From a virus: DNA of 64,000 bases. Below the pieces are notes generated by a model. That model made no database searches, was not told where the DNA came from, and was given only the letters and a program-made list of their open reading frames with translations. Position numbers and translations under genes: made by a program. Shown here in pieces: positions 47,693 through 56,159 of this stretch. Position 1 is the stretch's first letter, and each line of letters begins with the position of its first letter. The stretch spans positions 6,090 through 70,089 of IMG/VR virus record IMGVR_UViG_3300018422_000003, one strand, 5' to 3'.

Positions 47693-48097
47693 TTAACCGC
47701 GCGATTCTGTGTGTGTAAAGGCTGTGATATTCAGCGTTGCGCCGCTCGAAAGAGCGACGGAATCGAGCACCAGATTCGAGGTAGCCGTTCCGACCGTTCC
47801 ATCCTCGACCACGGTCGTTCCGTTCGATGCCACGCAGCGATACCATGCGGCCGTTCCCGACGCGAGGATAACTTCGCTGCTAATCGCGTTCGCAGTAGCT
47901 ACGCCATTGGCAGGAGCGCCAAAAGCGGTCGCCGAGAAGTCATGCTCGCTCAGCAGCGTCCCGCCGCCAACGCCCGCGTCGGTATCGGCCGGTTGCGTGC
48001 CGGAATAGATTCGGAGCTTGCCGGTGTTGAGCAAGGCGGTATGAGCGGCGCAGCGCGCGTCGGCGGAGCCTTCGGAGAACTTTGGGTTGAGTGCCAT
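47693..48097 (-). CDS. Small fibre/filament subunit
   Basis: LRIYSGTQPA...ASGTAAWYR...DGTVG pattern common in phage fibre modules. Confidence 0.7.
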   Translation of the reverse strand: MALNPKFSEGSADARCAAHTALLNTGKLRIYSGTQPADTDAGVGGGTLLSEHDFSATAFGAPANGVATANAISSEVILASGTAAWYRCVASNGTTVVEDGTVGTATSNLVLDSVALSSGATLNITAFTHTESRG

Positions 48098-48180
48098 TAC
48101 GGAAAGGCATTCGCGCGGAATCCAGGGATCGTTTAGCCCGGATTATCGGCGCATGGTTGGGACACGAGACAATGGCGGCA

Positions 48181-48579
48181 ATGACCGAAGCGCAATTTCT
48201 GCGGCTGATCGAGCTGCAGAACGCCACGATCGAGGCGCAAGGCAGGACGATTGTCGTTCTGCAGGACCTCCTCGTGAGAGATACGGGACGAACGGTCGGC
48301 GCGCTGAGCGCGCTGCGGTCAGAAGTCAGAAAAACCAGGGAGGCTCTTATGGCAAAACTTGACGATCTCGAACGCGAGGTGGAGCAGAACGAGGACGTAC
48401 AGCGGTCCGCCGTTACGCTGCTGCATCATCTATCGCAGCAGATCAAAGATGCGGGCACGGACCCGGCGAAGCTGGCCGCTCTCACAGCGCGCCTCGATAC
48501 CAATAGCGCGGCTCTGGCGGCCGCCATCGTAGCCAATACGCCCGCCGGTCCGGACGCGGGTGAGCCGCAGCCCGCGTGA
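48181..48579 (+). CDS. Coiled-coil protein with in-frame internal start at 48349
   Basis: GGGAGG SD before MAKLDDLE; helical Ala-rich C-terminus; own terminator. Confidence 0.65.
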   Translation: MTEAQFLRLIELQNATIEAQGRTIVVLQDLLVRDTGRTVGALSALRSEVRKTREALMAKLDDLEREVEQNEDVQRSAVTLLHHLSQQIKDAGTDPAKLAALTARLDTNSAALAAAIVANTPAGPDAGEPQPA

Positions 48580-48675
48580 GATAAGATAGGGACTCGTCGC
48601 ATCCCTTTTCACGGAGGCGGCGTGGATTGAAACGAATAGAATGTTTAGCCGATCAGTTTGACTGTTTCGGATCGG

Positions 48676-48715
48676 AAGACGGCCCGCTTCTCACGAGGCG
48701 GGCCGTTTTGTTTTT
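48676..48715 (+). terminator. Intrinsic terminator
   Basis: ACGGCCCGC...GCGGGCCGTTTTGTTTTT. Confidence 0.8.
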
Positions 48716-50045
48716 ATCTGTAGGAATTCTCGCGCTGGAAGCCCTGTACGCGATACTCTTTCCAAATCAAATAACCAAGCGCGTCACTAGGGTGCGACAA
48801 GGTCATGTTGTCGTGGGTCGTGTCCTTGTCGATCGTATGGCCGGGATCTTTCTTATCCCAAATACAGCGCCGGAAATCGATTCGCAGGCGCTTACATTTT
48901 TTGTCGATCCACATGCGCTGCAGGCCTGCCGCCGATTGCATCATGGCGTTAACGCTGGTGACGCGATCGCGTACGAGCGGGTTGGCCGCGAGGATATTCC
49001 AGTACAGCTTATAGGCGGGCTTGGCCCTAAAATAATCCTTGATCAGCGCATAGTCCGCGCGGCCTGACGTGGAGCCGTGCTCGCCGGCAGCGTCGCCATA
49101 CATTTGGATGTCGAGCGGCCGCCCGTTTACTTTCCTCCACTGATCGAGATAGCCGCCCGGCTCTTCGAGCGTCGCCGTGAACCGCTGGCAGGCGTCGATG
49201 GTGGTTGCCCCGCGGATGATCTGTTCATCCAGCACGAACACGTTGCCGCCGTAATGCTGCGTGAGCACCCAGCACATGGGATCGATGTTGAAATCCATGC
49301 ATAGGCTGAGCGGTACCGCCGGATTAAATTTCAGGTCCTGCTCGTGGCGCTTCTCATCCCACGAATAATAGACCGCGCCGGAATGCATGTCGAGGTATTC
49401 GCCGAGCACCTCCTGACGGAAGAACCGCTCGTCGTAGGAAGCCTTCAGCCGGTCGTAAAAATCGGGGTTCTTCGAAAGCACCGCGATGTTTTCGCCAGGC
49501 GCGGCCAGGATGGCGTCGTAGCCGGGTTTCTTCTCGGGACCGATGAACCGCTCGTAAACGAAATCGAAGCCGTTGGGGGTCCATACTCCGAAGCCGCACA
49601 GCTCGGTGGCCAGCGGATCGCGGAGGCGGCCCTCCAATCGCAGCCACGCGGCCTCGTCCGTGAAGCTCAGCTCATCGACGCCAAACCACGCGAGGTTCGT
49701 ACCGCGCAGGCGCTCGTAGTCCTTCAGCGATCGCATGAGGATTCTGGAGCCGAGCCGTTTCAGCGTTATCGCCATTTCCTGCTTGTGGAAGGTATACGGT
49801 ATGCGCCGGTCCTCCAGCTCATCGAGCAGCGTGCGGAGCGTGACGTCGCGAAGCATCGGGAAGGTAGGAGCGCCGAGCAGGCCGGTCCGGCCGCGATTGA
49901 TCGCCGCCATGCGGAGGGCCTTGCCGACCAAGGCGTACGTTTTGCCTGATCCGATGGGGCCGGAGAAGCCGACAAATCGCGACCGGGAATCGTAGAAACG
50001 GCGCTGCGACGGGAGAACGTGGGAGGTGAAAACGACACGCTGCAT
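48714..50045 (-). CDS. terL: Terminase large subunit
   Basis: Walker A GPIGSGKT, Walker B WFGVDE, TPNG, RNase H motifs MDFN, YGDAAG, HPSDALGY. Confidence 0.95.
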   Translation of the reverse strand: MQRVVFTSHVLPSQRRFYDSRSRFVGFSGPIGSGKTYALVGKALRMAAINRGRTGLLGAPTFPMLRDVTLRTLLDELEDRRIPYTFHKQEMAITLKRLGSRILMRSLKDYERLRGTNLAWFGVDELSFTDEAAWLRLEGRLRDPLATELCGFGVWTPNGFDFVYERFIGPEKKPGYDAILAAPGENIAVLSKNPDFYDRLKASYDERFFRQEVLGEYLDMHSGAVYYSWDEKRHEQDLKFNPAVPLSLCMDFNIDPMCWVLTQHYGGNVFVLDEQIIRGATTIDACQRFTATLEEPGGYLDQWRKVNGRPLDIQMYGDAAGEHGSTSGRADYALIKDYFRAKPAYKLYWNILAANPLVRDRVTSVNAMMQSAAGLQRMWIDKKCKRLRIDFRRCIWDKKDPGHTIDKDTTHDNMTLSHPSDALGYLIWKEYRVQGFQRENSYR

Positions 50046-50086
50046 ATTCAGTGGCCGTTCGCGCGAGGGGGACTGATCTTTTAGTC

Positions 50087-50115
50087 TTGACAGATTTACG
50101 TTAATCTGTCAGTAT
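50087..50115 (+). promoter_or_regulatory. Early promoter/operator copy 3
   Basis: TTGACAGATTTACGTTAATCTGTCA; TTGACA-17-CAGTAT. Confidence 0.8.
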
Positions 50116-50148
50116 GTCGTTGTGAGCGAAACAAGGGGGACTGAAAAG

Positions 50149-50295
50149 ATGATCGAAATACACGGACGCAAGGGGATGAAGAGCACGCCCTTCCGTAAAA
50201 CGTTTGCATCGCAGGCCGCGTTTGACCGCTGGCTTGAGAAGAACGGCGAGAACGTCAGCATCGACGGAATCCGCGAAACAGAAGGCGGTTACTAA
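50149..50295 (+). CDS. Small early protein (48 aa, below ORF-track cutoff)
   Basis: AAGGGGGACT leader; MIEIHGRKGMKSTPFRKTF...; TAATG-coupled to next. Confidence 0.6.
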   Translation: MIEIHGRKGMKSTPFRKTFASQAAFDRWLEKNGENVSIDGIRETEGGY

Positions 50296-50510
50296 TGATG
50301 AGCTGGCAAATACTGACGGAAACGATTCAGGCGGCAGGCGAAGAAGCCCGCGCGGCCTCGCTCGACGCGCACGGCCATCTGGTACCGATCCAGGAAGCGT
50401 ACGATTTCCTCCTCAGCGTTTGGTACGACACCGAGGACGCACGATATGACGTAATGCCAACGACGTGGATTCCTAGAGGGTTTGCGCTGGCATACAAGGG
50501 GAAAAAGTAA
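50295..50510 (+). CDS. Small early protein
   Basis: Coupled ORF. Confidence 0.6.
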   Translation: MMSWQILTETIQAAGEEARAASLDAHGHLVPIQEAYDFLLSVWYDTEDARYDVMPTTWIPRGFALAYKGKK

Positions 50511-50825
50511 ATGAGCGAATACGCGCAGTACTACGAAAGCTTTTCTACCGGGCGCTGGGCGACGGAAGATGCCGCTACCTGCCGCTGCAACGGTGGCGGC
50601 TGGGCGCTGAGCGAAGTTGATACGTGGCACAAGTGCCCGGCGCATTACACGCCCGGCCAATCTCATCCGGACGACGACGGTGAGTGGCTGCCGATGCCGT
50701 ACGATTCGCCTTGCAAGGGCTGCGGCTGTGAGATTCACGGCGAGCCGAATTATGGCGGCCTCTGCGGGACTTGCTTCAACGAGAACATCGCCGCTGACGA
50801 CGATCTGACCGACGTACCTTTTTGA
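50511..50825 (+). CDS. Cys-rich acidic early protein
   Basis: CxC...C..H, CxxC, CxxC; ends DDLTDVPF (SSB-tail-like). Confidence 0.65.
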   Translation: MSEYAQYYESFSTGRWATEDAATCRCNGGGWALSEVDTWHKCPAHYTPGQSHPDDDGEWLPMPYDSPCKGCGCEIHGEPNYGGLCGTCFNENIAADDDLTDVPF

Positions 50826-50846
50826 TTTGACAGGGGGGACTTACAA

Positions 50847-51698
50847 ATGACAACAACACCAACAATTGAATGCCGCATACCGGACGGCGCATGGGCGAAG
50901 ACGGTAACAGAGGTTGAGCCGCGCGCCAAGACGGGTTATGACTGGACCGGGGATTTCCTCCGGGCCGGTCAGCTCATCGACCTGGAGCCGGGCGAGGTGC
51001 TCACGGTGGCGCGCAATACCGGGAGCCGCAAACATCCCTCGATCGAGGTGACGATCTATATCCTGATGCCCAACGCGGAATGGGCGTCCGTCGTCAGCTA
51101 CGACGGAAAAGAATGGGCCTCGTCTCTGCGCAAGGAGGCGCGTGAGCTGCTCGACCTTGAGCCGGAGCGCCGGATCAAGAAAGTAGCCGCCGCGCAAGTG
51201 ACGATCTGGGAAACAAAGCTGGCGGCGCGGATCGAGAAGCGCGCCGTGATCGCCAAGGCTCTCGAAACCGCAGAGGCCGACGCGACCGCAATGTACAACA
51301 ATCCTCCGAGCGGTTACAACTACTTTCATTTTCCGCTCGCCGCCTCCACGTCGCAGGGAACAATGCATAAGCGAAATACCGCCGAGGAGTTTGCGGCCGC
51401 CGCCAAGGCCAAGGTTGAGGGTCAGCTATCCGTGTCTGACGAGCGGATCGCTGAGGCGCGGGCGCGGATCGCTGAGTACGAGAAACTCGCGAAGGGGAAA
51501 AAGGGCGACGTGACCGTGGCGATGATCGGCGAGCTTGGCGATGAGCTGAAGCAGGCGCTGGCGGAATTGCTGACGGTGTGCGGTACGCAGGAGAAGATCG
51601 TCGAGGTACTCACCGACGGTGGCGTCCGGCGGGCGGTCCGCCGCGCGCTGAAGGCCGAGGCTGAGCCTGCGGCAGCGGTAGCAGCGGAGGTGAAGTAA
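50847..51698 (+). CDS. Early hypothetical coiled-coil protein
   Basis: GGGGGGACT leader; 283 aa. Confidence 0.75.
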   Translation: MTTTPTIECRIPDGAWAKTVTEVEPRAKTGYDWTGDFLRAGQLIDLEPGEVLTVARNTGSRKHPSIEVTIYILMPNAEWASVVSYDGKEWASSLRKEARELLDLEPERRIKKVAAAQVTIWETKLAARIEKRAVIAKALETAEADATAMYNNPPSGYNYFHFPLAASTSQGTMHKRNTAEEFAAAAKAKVEGQLSVSDERIAEARARIAEYEKLAKGKKGDVTVAMIGELGDELKQALAELLTVCGTQEKIVEVLTDGGVRRAVRRALKAEAEPAAAVAAEVK

Positions 51699-51702
51699 AG
51701 CG

Positions 51703-51978
51703 ATGAGCAACGTCCAGCTATATCTGGCCATCGGAGTCCCGATGCTTTTCAATGCTTTGCTCTGCGCCATTCTGATCGCCTATATCAATGCCAAATTTGA
51801 CGGCGTGAATGCCAAATTTGACGGCGTGAAGGGACAATTCGATGGAGTCAAAACACAATTCGACGGAATCAATAAGCGCTTTGACGACATGCGGGATCTC
51901 TGGCGTGCCGAGCTGCGGCGCGTCGAGGAGGTTCTCGACGCCCGCCTGAAGCATTTGGAACACAAGGAGCGCAGCTAA
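51703..51978 (+). CDS. Membrane-anchored heptad-repeat coiled-coil protein
   Basis: TM helix, 5x (x-x-FD-x-x-x) heptads, 21-bp DNA repeats. Confidence 0.75.
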   Translation: MSNVQLYLAIGVPMLFNALLCAILIAYINAKFDGVNAKFDGVKGQFDGVKTQFDGINKRFDDMRDLWRAELRRVEEVLDARLKHLEHKERS

Positions 51979-52338
51979 ATGCCGTACTCAGAGGAAACAA
52001 AGGCCGACGTGATTGCCGCCCTGACCGCAGCGCCGTGGAGCGTTGCGGCGGTCGCGCAGGCGTACGGTATCGCTCACACCACGGTGACGAAATGGGCGCG
52101 GGCGGCGAGGCTGCAATTGCCATCCTCACACGCCCGCATACTGGCCGCGTCCGAGCGCGGTCAGCGTGCGCAACATGGGGATTGGCGGGCCCGGCGGCTC
52201 AAGGCGATCGCGCTACGCAAGCAGGGGAAATCGCTCACCGAGATCCGGTCGCTGGTCGGATACCGCTCCGTCGCGAGTGTCTATTACGCCTTGCAGGCGA
52301 ACGTTACGCTACTCAGGGAAAAAGGAGTGGCGGTATGA
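51979..52338 (+). CDS. Double HTH DNA-binding protein
   Basis: YSEETKA...SVAAVAQAYGIAHTTVTKW; GKSLTEIRSLVGYRSVASV. Confidence 0.75.
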   Translation: MPYSEETKADVIAALTAAPWSVAAVAQAYGIAHTTVTKWARAARLQLPSSHARILAASERGQRAQHGDWRARRLKAIALRKQGKSLTEIRSLVGYRSVASVYYALQANVTLLREKGVAV

Positions 52339-52574
52339 ATCCCGGCGACATACAACTGCTCATGGAGTGCCTCGAAAGATTCACGCGCGCCATCGAGGGG
52401 CATGGGAAATCGATCGCGGACGGGCTTACCGTCCTCGCGCGCGCCGTGGAGGAGTTGTCGCCGAGCGCGCAGTCCGAAAAGTTCGATAAAGAAGTCAAGC
52501 GCATTATGCGGGAGAACAGGATGATACGCGAAGAATTGGATCGGATCGAAGCAAATAGAAAGGGTGGCGCGTAA
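52335..52574 (+). CDS. Small early protein
   Basis: ATGA coupling, AAGGAG SD. Confidence 0.6.
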   Translation: MNPGDIQLLMECLERFTRAIEGHGKSIADGLTVLARAVEELSPSAQSEKFDKEVKRIMRENRMIREELDRIEANRKGGA

Positions 52575-52844
52575 ATGCCAAATGAAACACGCTTTGCCGT
52601 GGTCAGGATCGATAACGGCTGGAGCAATCCGTACACGTCGGTCGAGGTGAACGCGTACACGGCGACCAAGGCGGCGGAATGGATTCAGCGGGAAATGGGA
52701 GGCCGGGATCGTGGCGGCTGGCGCAGCGGACGGCTGACGCGAGAGGTTTGCCCGTTCGCGGTGCTCGATCGCGAAACCGGAAAGAAGTGGACCGCGCACG
52801 ATATCCTGCTGCGCGATCTCGATGATGTTGAGGTGCCCGTCTGA
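52575..52844 (+). CDS. Small early protein
   Basis: Abuts previous stop. Confidence 0.6.
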   Translation: MPNETRFAVVRIDNGWSNPYTSVEVNAYTATKAAEWIQREMGGRDRGGWRSGRLTREVCPFAVLDRETGKKWTAHDILLRDLDDVEVPV

Positions 52845-53086
52845 CGGCCTACATTGCAGTCACCAAAGACCGCGACGGAGGGTTCAAAGTACAGCTCCGC
52901 GACAAGCTCGCGGGCACACGGCCGCTGATGCAATCGGCGAAAGAACCGAATCCAGGAGCGGCTCGTCGTACGGCCGAGCGGCTCTTCGGCGTGCTCGAAT
53001 GGCGCAGCCGCGACGAAGCCGGGCTTGGCGGTCAGCCGTACGTGGAATGCGTCGCCGTGATCGATACGGCGCAAGGAGTTTGGTAG
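52841..53086 (+). CDS. Small protein with probable CTG start
   Basis: GAGGTG SD 5 nt before a CTGA overlap; 81 open codons. Confidence 0.45.
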   Translation: MTAYIAVTKDRDGGFKVQLRDKLAGTRPLMQSAKEPNPGAARRTAERLFGVLEWRSRDEAGLGGQPYVECVAVIDTAQGVW

Positions 53087-53099
53087 CGCGGCCCACGCG

Positions 53100-53128
53100 T
53101 TGACAGCATTTCATCATTGCGTCAGACT
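53100..53128 (+). promoter_or_regulatory. Degenerate fourth promoter/operator
   Basis: TTGACAGCATTTCATCATTGCGTCA; TTGACA-17-CAGACT. Confidence 0.55.
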
Positions 53129-53194
53129 TGGCTTGCGGCCGCTTGGGAAGGCGGCCTGAAAACGTAAAAAAACAAAGGGGGCGCGCCCATCCAC

Positions 53195-53536
53195 ATGAGC
53201 GTTGCGAATCCGGCGGTTACTCCGCCACTGCGTCAGCCGCCGCCTGACAATCACATTACGCGGTCTCACATTGCCAACGTCAACGAGTTGCTCGCGGGCC
53301 TTGGCATGGGCGCGCGACCGGACCGTACGCAGGCCGCGTACCTGATGGCATACGCCTCGATCCTGACCCGGTTTGCAGGCCCGCGCGGGCTGCTTGAATA
53401 CGCGCGGGATCTATGCTCGGAAAATCAGCCGGTCAGCCGGGAAGCTCTCAATCGCATCCGCGTAGCCGCGACGCATTACGGCCTGCACCACAATATAGGC
53501 GAGGCGATCCAGGCGGCCGAGGCTGCTGAGCTGTGA
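53195..53536 (+). CDS. Hypothetical protein
   Basis: AAGGGGG SD. Confidence 0.6.
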   Translation: MSVANPAVTPPLRQPPPDNHITRSHIANVNELLAGLGMGARPDRTQAAYLMAYASILTRFAGPRGLLEYARDLCSENQPVSREALNRIRVAATHYGLHHNIGEAIQAAEAAEL

Positions 53537-54021
53537 GCCGTCCTGCCTGCGAAGGGGCGGGGAAGCCGGGCCTATGCCAGAACGGCTATACCGGACGCTG
53601 CCCGGTTTGCGGCGACACGTTCCGGCTCAACAAACGCGGCGAGGTGTATCCGCATAAAGCGAAACTTGCGCAACTTGCGCAAGTCAGCAAGTCCGTGGCG
53701 AGCCTGATCCTGGTCGCCGGCAATCCATACGAAACGGCGACGGAGATCGTCTTCGGGCCGGGCCTCGTGCTGAGGGCGGTCCGTTACGACATGTCCGATC
53801 CGAGCCTGCCGTTTGAAAGCTATCACCACATGTGGGGCGGCGTGAGCACAGAGGCCGCTGTACAGCTCAACGTTGGCTATGGTGGCGACGCTGGCGGCTG
53901 GCGGCCTGACATCCGCGCGCCGATCCCGGAGCCCGCCTATTGGCTTACTATGCTCCTGGTGCTGGCCGTGATCTTGGTTACCGCGCTGCGGCGATCGCGT
54001 CCGAAGTGGGGGCGTGACTGA
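53533..54021 (+). CDS. Zn-finger-like N-terminus fused to PEP-CTERM-like tail
   Basis: C...CPVC...H; C-terminal IPEP-AYWLTMLLVLAVILVTAL-RRSR. Confidence 0.65.
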   Translation: MSRPACEGAGKPGLCQNGYTGRCPVCGDTFRLNKRGEVYPHKAKLAQLAQVSKSVASLILVAGNPYETATEIVFGPGLVLRAVRYDMSDPSLPFESYHHMWGGVSTEAAVQLNVGYGGDAGGWRPDIRAPIPEPAYWLTMLLVLAVILVTALRRSRPKWGRD

Positions 54022-54060
54022 AGTTTGATGTAATTTGCGTTTGTATACAAAGGGGGACTT

Positions 54061-54465
54061 ATGAAAAGGGAAGAGAATCGGCGGCCGCGCTCGCTACAAG
54101 CGCTCCGCGCAGAAGTGGACCGATGGAATTCGGCGTACCGCGTGGGGACGCGAGTCACGCTGACCAAGGATGACGGAACCGAGGTCGATGCGGTCACACG
54201 CTCCGAGGCCTCGGTGCTCAGCGGGCATACGGCCGTAATATGGCTGCGCCAGGTCGTCGGATGTTGGGCGCTCGATCGAGTCCGTGCGGCGCGGGGTGTG
54301 GTTGCCTTCGAACGCACAATTGAATTGGTGACAGCGGAAGACGGCGGCGGCTGGCACGTCGCGCTGAGCTGCGGACATGAGGCCTTCTTGGCCACTGAGC
54401 CGCAAAGCGACGCGCAGGTATGCGCTCAGTGCGTGAACGTATTTGTCGAGGCCGCTCGTGCCTAA
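54061..54465 (+). CDS. Hypothetical protein with C-terminal LSCGH...CxxC
   Basis: AAGGGGGACT leader. Confidence 0.7.
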   Translation: MKREENRRPRSLQALRAEVDRWNSAYRVGTRVTLTKDDGTEVDAVTRSEASVLSGHTAVIWLRQVVGCWALDRVRAARGVVAFERTIELVTAEDGGGWHVALSCGHEAFLATEPQSDAQVCAQCVNVFVEAARA

Positions 54466-55057
54466 TACGGAAATCGTGAGGCCGGGGACGATGGACTTGC
54501 GCAAGCTGGCCGACGCCGCCGCGAAGGAGATCCGGCGCGAGTCCCGTAAGACTCGGTCGCCGACCGCCTATTTTCTGGCGGTCCATTCGGCTGAGTACGG
54601 GGCGCGATTCCGGCTGCCAAAGGATGCCGCGTGGATGATGAATAGCGGCGACGGAAAAGTCCTGTTGTTCTCCGGGTTTCGCGAGATGAGGGATGTTGCG
54701 GTTTGGGTGTTCGGATCGGAAGTGTGGCTTGCCAAGCGCACGCCCGAAGGCGCGAAGCACTCGCCAAAAGAGCACGACGCTCACATGGACAGCGGCTTCA
54801 AAACGCTGCAGAAAATGGGATGGGCGACCGTGACAGAGGCGCTTGTGATCGTTGCGCAAAACGTTGAGGAGGTCGTACAGGTAACGCAACCGTTCATTCG
54901 CAAACCGGGCAGCGGAGACATTCAGCTATGCGGGCCGCCGGAAGTGCAGGCTATGGCGCAGGCGGATTTCGGCGGGCGCATAAAGATGTTTGGCGACGTC
55001 ACCGAGGCCGACGTACAAGGCGCATATCCGAAGGACGAGGGCGATCATGTCCAATGA
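54458..55057 (+). CDS. Hypothetical protein
   Basis: GAGG SD, GTG start, overlap coupling. Confidence 0.65.
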   Translation: MPNTEIVRPGTMDLRKLADAAAKEIRRESRKTRSPTAYFLAVHSAEYGARFRLPKDAAWMMNSGDGKVLLFSGFREMRDVAVWVFGSEVWLAKRTPEGAKHSPKEHDAHMDSGFKTLQKMGWATVTEALVIVAQNVEEVVQVTQPFIRKPGSGDIQLCGPPEVQAMAQADFGGRIKMFGDVTEADVQGAYPKDEGDHVQ

Positions 55058-55292
55058 ACACGACGCCCGCATTCTTCTCGATCCCTACACTGTAGCGGCG
55101 GCGGTCTTTTCGATGACGGAGGAAAGCGCCCTTGCAATGGACAATGCCTGCGGCGATGATCCGTTCCGCGTGAGCGCGTACCTTATCGACCGCTTTGGGT
55201 TGGATGGCTTGTGTCAGCTCGCCGAGAAACACCGCGCGGAAGCCGTGGAAAGTATCGACCGCGCCATTCGCGATCTAAAGGTGGCCAGATGA
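55047..55292 (+). CDS. Hypothetical protein
   Basis: GAGGG SD. Confidence 0.55.
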   Translation: MSNEHDARILLDPYTVAAAVFSMTEESALAMDNACGDDPFRVSAYLIDRFGLDGLCQLAEKHRAEAVESIDRAIRDLKVAR

Positions 55293-55364
55293 ACATTGTC
55301 TTCTTGTGTGAAGAGCTGGGCGGGGCCGGGAGCGGCTCCGCCCGTTTTGTTTCTGGAGGCAAAC

Positions 55365-55679
55365 ATGGCAGTTAATAGCAACCCTTACGGTACAGAGGGG
55401 AATCCGGTCAATGTCAGTGACCGTTTGCGCGGCAACGAGCCGAGGCTTAAAGCCAGTTGGGAAGTGCGCGCCGGAATCATACCGGGGCAGCCCCTGCCTG
55501 TGTGGACGAAGCGGTTTTTCTACACCAGCGCCCAACGCGAAGAAGACGAGACGAAGTTGAACGAGCCGCACCATCACGCTCACTTCTCCCGAATCAGAGC
55601 AGAGGCGATGGACTATTACCTCCAGGCGAGCATGCCGAATCTCGTTAATTGGGCCGAGATCACCTTTATCTGGTACTGA
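55365..55679 (+). CDS. Hypothetical protein
   Basis: GGAGG SD; N-terminal NPYGTEGNPVNVSDRLRGNE. Confidence 0.7.
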   Translation: MAVNSNPYGTEGNPVNVSDRLRGNEPRLKASWEVRAGIIPGQPLPVWTKRFFYTSAQREEDETKLNEPHHHAHFSRIRAEAMDYYLQASMPNLVNWAEITFIWY

Positions 55680-55683
55680 TGCG

Positions 55684-55929
55684 ATGACGGTCGAACCAAT
55701 TGAGCCGGGCGCGCTTATCGAGAAGGTGAACTCCGATCCGGGCGACCTCAATCCTGACGGCGCGCGCGGCACCGTGGTGGAGCGCCTTGGTCCATTGCCG
55801 GCGGGGACGATTTTACCGGACGGTACTGACGCCTCCGGTCACTACGGTTATTTCGTGAAATGGGCGTGCCTGCCGGACCTTGCTGTATTTGTGTCAGGCC
55901 CGCGCATTCGCATCGTGAGGCCCATGTGA
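55684..55929 (+). CDS. Small SH3-like protein
   Basis: GARGTVV...GYFVKW. Confidence 0.6.
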   Translation: MTVEPIEPGALIEKVNSDPGDLNPDGARGTVVERLGPLPAGTILPDGTDASGHYGYFVKWACLPDLAVFVSGPRIRIVRPM

Positions 55930-56159
55930 AGAAGCGAGTCGTTATGATCCGGCGCCCCGCTGCCGTCGTCTTGAGCCCGTGCCCTTTTTGCGGCGCTGAC
56001 GCAAATCCGCCTGAGAACATCGGGTCGTCAGGCCGCGGGGCAAGGTGGTCGATTATGTGCAGTCAGGTCTGCGTGGCCATGATCCGCAAGACGCGGGCCT
56101 GGGTGATTCAGGACTGGAACCGCCGCGCCGGGGACGATTTCGTGAGGCCACCAGCATGA
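55926..56159 (+). CDS. Lar-family restriction alleviation-like protein
   Basis: LSPCPFCG...CxxxC...WNRR signature; GTGA coupling. Confidence 0.7.
   Translation: MKKRVVMIRRPAAVVLSPCPFCGADANPPENIGSSGRGARWSIMCSQVCVAMIRKTRAWVIQDWNRRAGDDFVRPPA

Noticed and set aside
45370-55439. DGR TR/VR pair
   Set aside because: Mismatches are mostly synonymous third positions, not at adenines
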